Below the pieces are notes generated by a model. The model was not told where the DNA came from. It did not search any database and saw nothing but the letters and a program-made list of their open reading frames with translations. From Monocercomonoides exilis PA203 (taxonomy: Eukaryota; Protista; Preaxostyla): a stretch of DNA of 64,000 nt. Where the stretch lies: positions 1,612,001 through 1,676,000 of the forward strand of contig LSRY02000003.1 of assembly GCA_001643675.2 (NCBI GenBank), in the 5' to 3' direction. The position numbers were made by a program, and so were the translations under genes. Positions 62,701-64,000 of this stretch are shown in pieces (within the stretch, counting starts at the first letter, position 1; each line of letters opens with the position of its first letter).

Positions 62701-62767
62701 TGTGCGGGAGCGAAAATTTTAATTGATGAAATGCTGTAGAAATTTCCTTTGAAGCATTAGATCCCAT
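45026..62767 (-). CDS. Giant (~5866 aa) CCR4/PDE12/nocturnin-like EEP-superfamily protein with massive low-complexity insertions; exons 62767-62574, 62527-62317 and 62221-45026
   Basis: There is a 17.2-kb stop-free frame. Introns 62573-62528 (46 nt, GTTTT..CTAG) and 62316-62222 (95 nt, GTTTG..TGAG) join three ORFs in frame, since 194+211 nt = 135 codons. EEP motifs occur in order: FSVMSWN, PDVVCLQC, GNCIFFRRNR, IFVVNALL, PIILCGDLS, SDYILST, PTQHLPI. Extra in-frame introns cannot be excluded. Confidence 0.8.
50754..50862. repeat. (GAA)n then (GAT)n microsatellite encoding a ~36-residue poly-Ser run in the giant CDS
   Basis: Direct reading. It is one of many such tracts between 50 and 62 kb. 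Confidence 0.95.
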
Positions 62768-64000
62768 GTAACACTTCTAAAAGTCCAATTACAGTCAATT
62801 GCTCCTGAATACTCAATCGCAAAATGTTAATTCAAATGAAAATGGGAAAATAAAATATTCAAAATATTTTTTGTGACGAATTCAAAAAATATGTTTTTTT
62901 CATAGCCATTCAAACTGATTCAAAATATTATTTCAGAAATGAATTTTCGGTTCGACTGAGACAACGAAGATTTATTATCCATCAATAATGATGATTTCGA
63001 TTATCTTATTCATTCAATCACTGTAATTTGCATCATTTATTGTCCAATAATTGTATAACTTATCTTTCAAAATCATTCAAATTCAGCATTTTTTTCATAA
63101 AAATAACTTTGAATGAATTGGTTTTTGGCTGAGTGACAAAAAGTGATGAAGATTTATATTCAGTCAACATTTGAAAAAAGGATAAGAAATTGAATCTCTG
63201 TTTAAAATATTTGTCAAATTACATCAAAATATCCACTTTATTTTGAAAAATTTGATCAAGTTTGAAATCAAAATTTTTGTATGAGAAATATGTTGAATTT
63301 CAAATCTATCATAATATGATAGATGGAAAATGTTATTTGCATCAATTCATTTGATGAAAATTTAAATCGATGATTTATTAATATGGATCTATTGATGTTT
63401 ATAAATGATATTAAAATTTTTTTGAAAAGTGACATCAGATCATTATGAAAAAAAAATTTTATTCGAATGAAGAATGATACGCCATTTATTATTCGAAATT
63501 GGTCAACTAATTATTCAAAATTGTTAAACTTTTTATTCGAAATTAATAAACTTCTCACTCAAAATTAATAAAATTCAGTATTTTAAAAAAAATTTTTTTT
63601 GATATAATATGATCACTGGCTAAGTGTCAGAAAGTGATGAAAATGTTTTGTTTTTTCATTATTCTTAAAAAGGATGAAAACTTATACCACAATTTTTATT
63701 ATTAGTGAATAAATATTGAATTTTTTTGATTTTTCAGAAAAAATTCATCACCATGGAAATCGGACAATATTTAAATTATTTCTCCTCACTTTGTTAAATA
63801 GTGAATAATTCAATCATGAAATGTTATTTGAATCAGTTTTCAAACTGAATAAAATATTTTTCACATCGAAGTAAATTTATGAATGCACTTTCAGAATTCT
63901 TCATTTGTTTTTATTGATCTTCTTTGCATATTTAAATATGGGGGAAAATTCGAACTTTCAAGCTTTTTTTGTACAAAGCACAAAAAAATAGTTTCACTCA

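Noticed and set aside
62685-62705. HNPIEG in the giant protein resembling the HNPIDG cassette anchor
   Set aside because: There is no surrounding nucleotide or protein similarity, so it is probably coincidence.
62800-64000. Genes or elements in the AT-rich right end of the window
   Set aside because: No ORF, RNA gene or clear repeat structure could be supported.

Overview
This is AT-rich eukaryotic DNA with short GT-AG introns, the standard genetic code and very long poly-Ser/poly-Glu tracts. It most resembles an oxymonad/metamonad protist such as Monocercomonoides (inference). Positions ~1.5-40.3 kb form one large inverted duplication centred on a 24-nt spacer (21165-21188). The inner ~9.8-kb arms are near-identical and the outer parts are visibly diverged. 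The duplication carries ten truncated paralogues (five mirror pairs, called A-E and A'-E' here) of a Cys-rich surface-protein-like family with GGA(I/L) repeats. These paralogues are mosaics of one another. One ~305-bp segment has been replaced inside an otherwise identical mirror pair, which suggests diversification by segmental gene conversion. An IQCH-like pseudogene interrupts the right arm. Beyond the duplication lie pogo/DDE_1-type transposase remnants with a ~415-bp TIR element between them. A three-exon gene of ~5,870 aa (45026-62767, minus) has CCR4/PDE12-type EEP nuclease motifs spread over ~15.6 kb by low-complexity inserts, with several catalytic residues substituted. All alignments were done by eye, so coordinates of diverged blocks are approximate.
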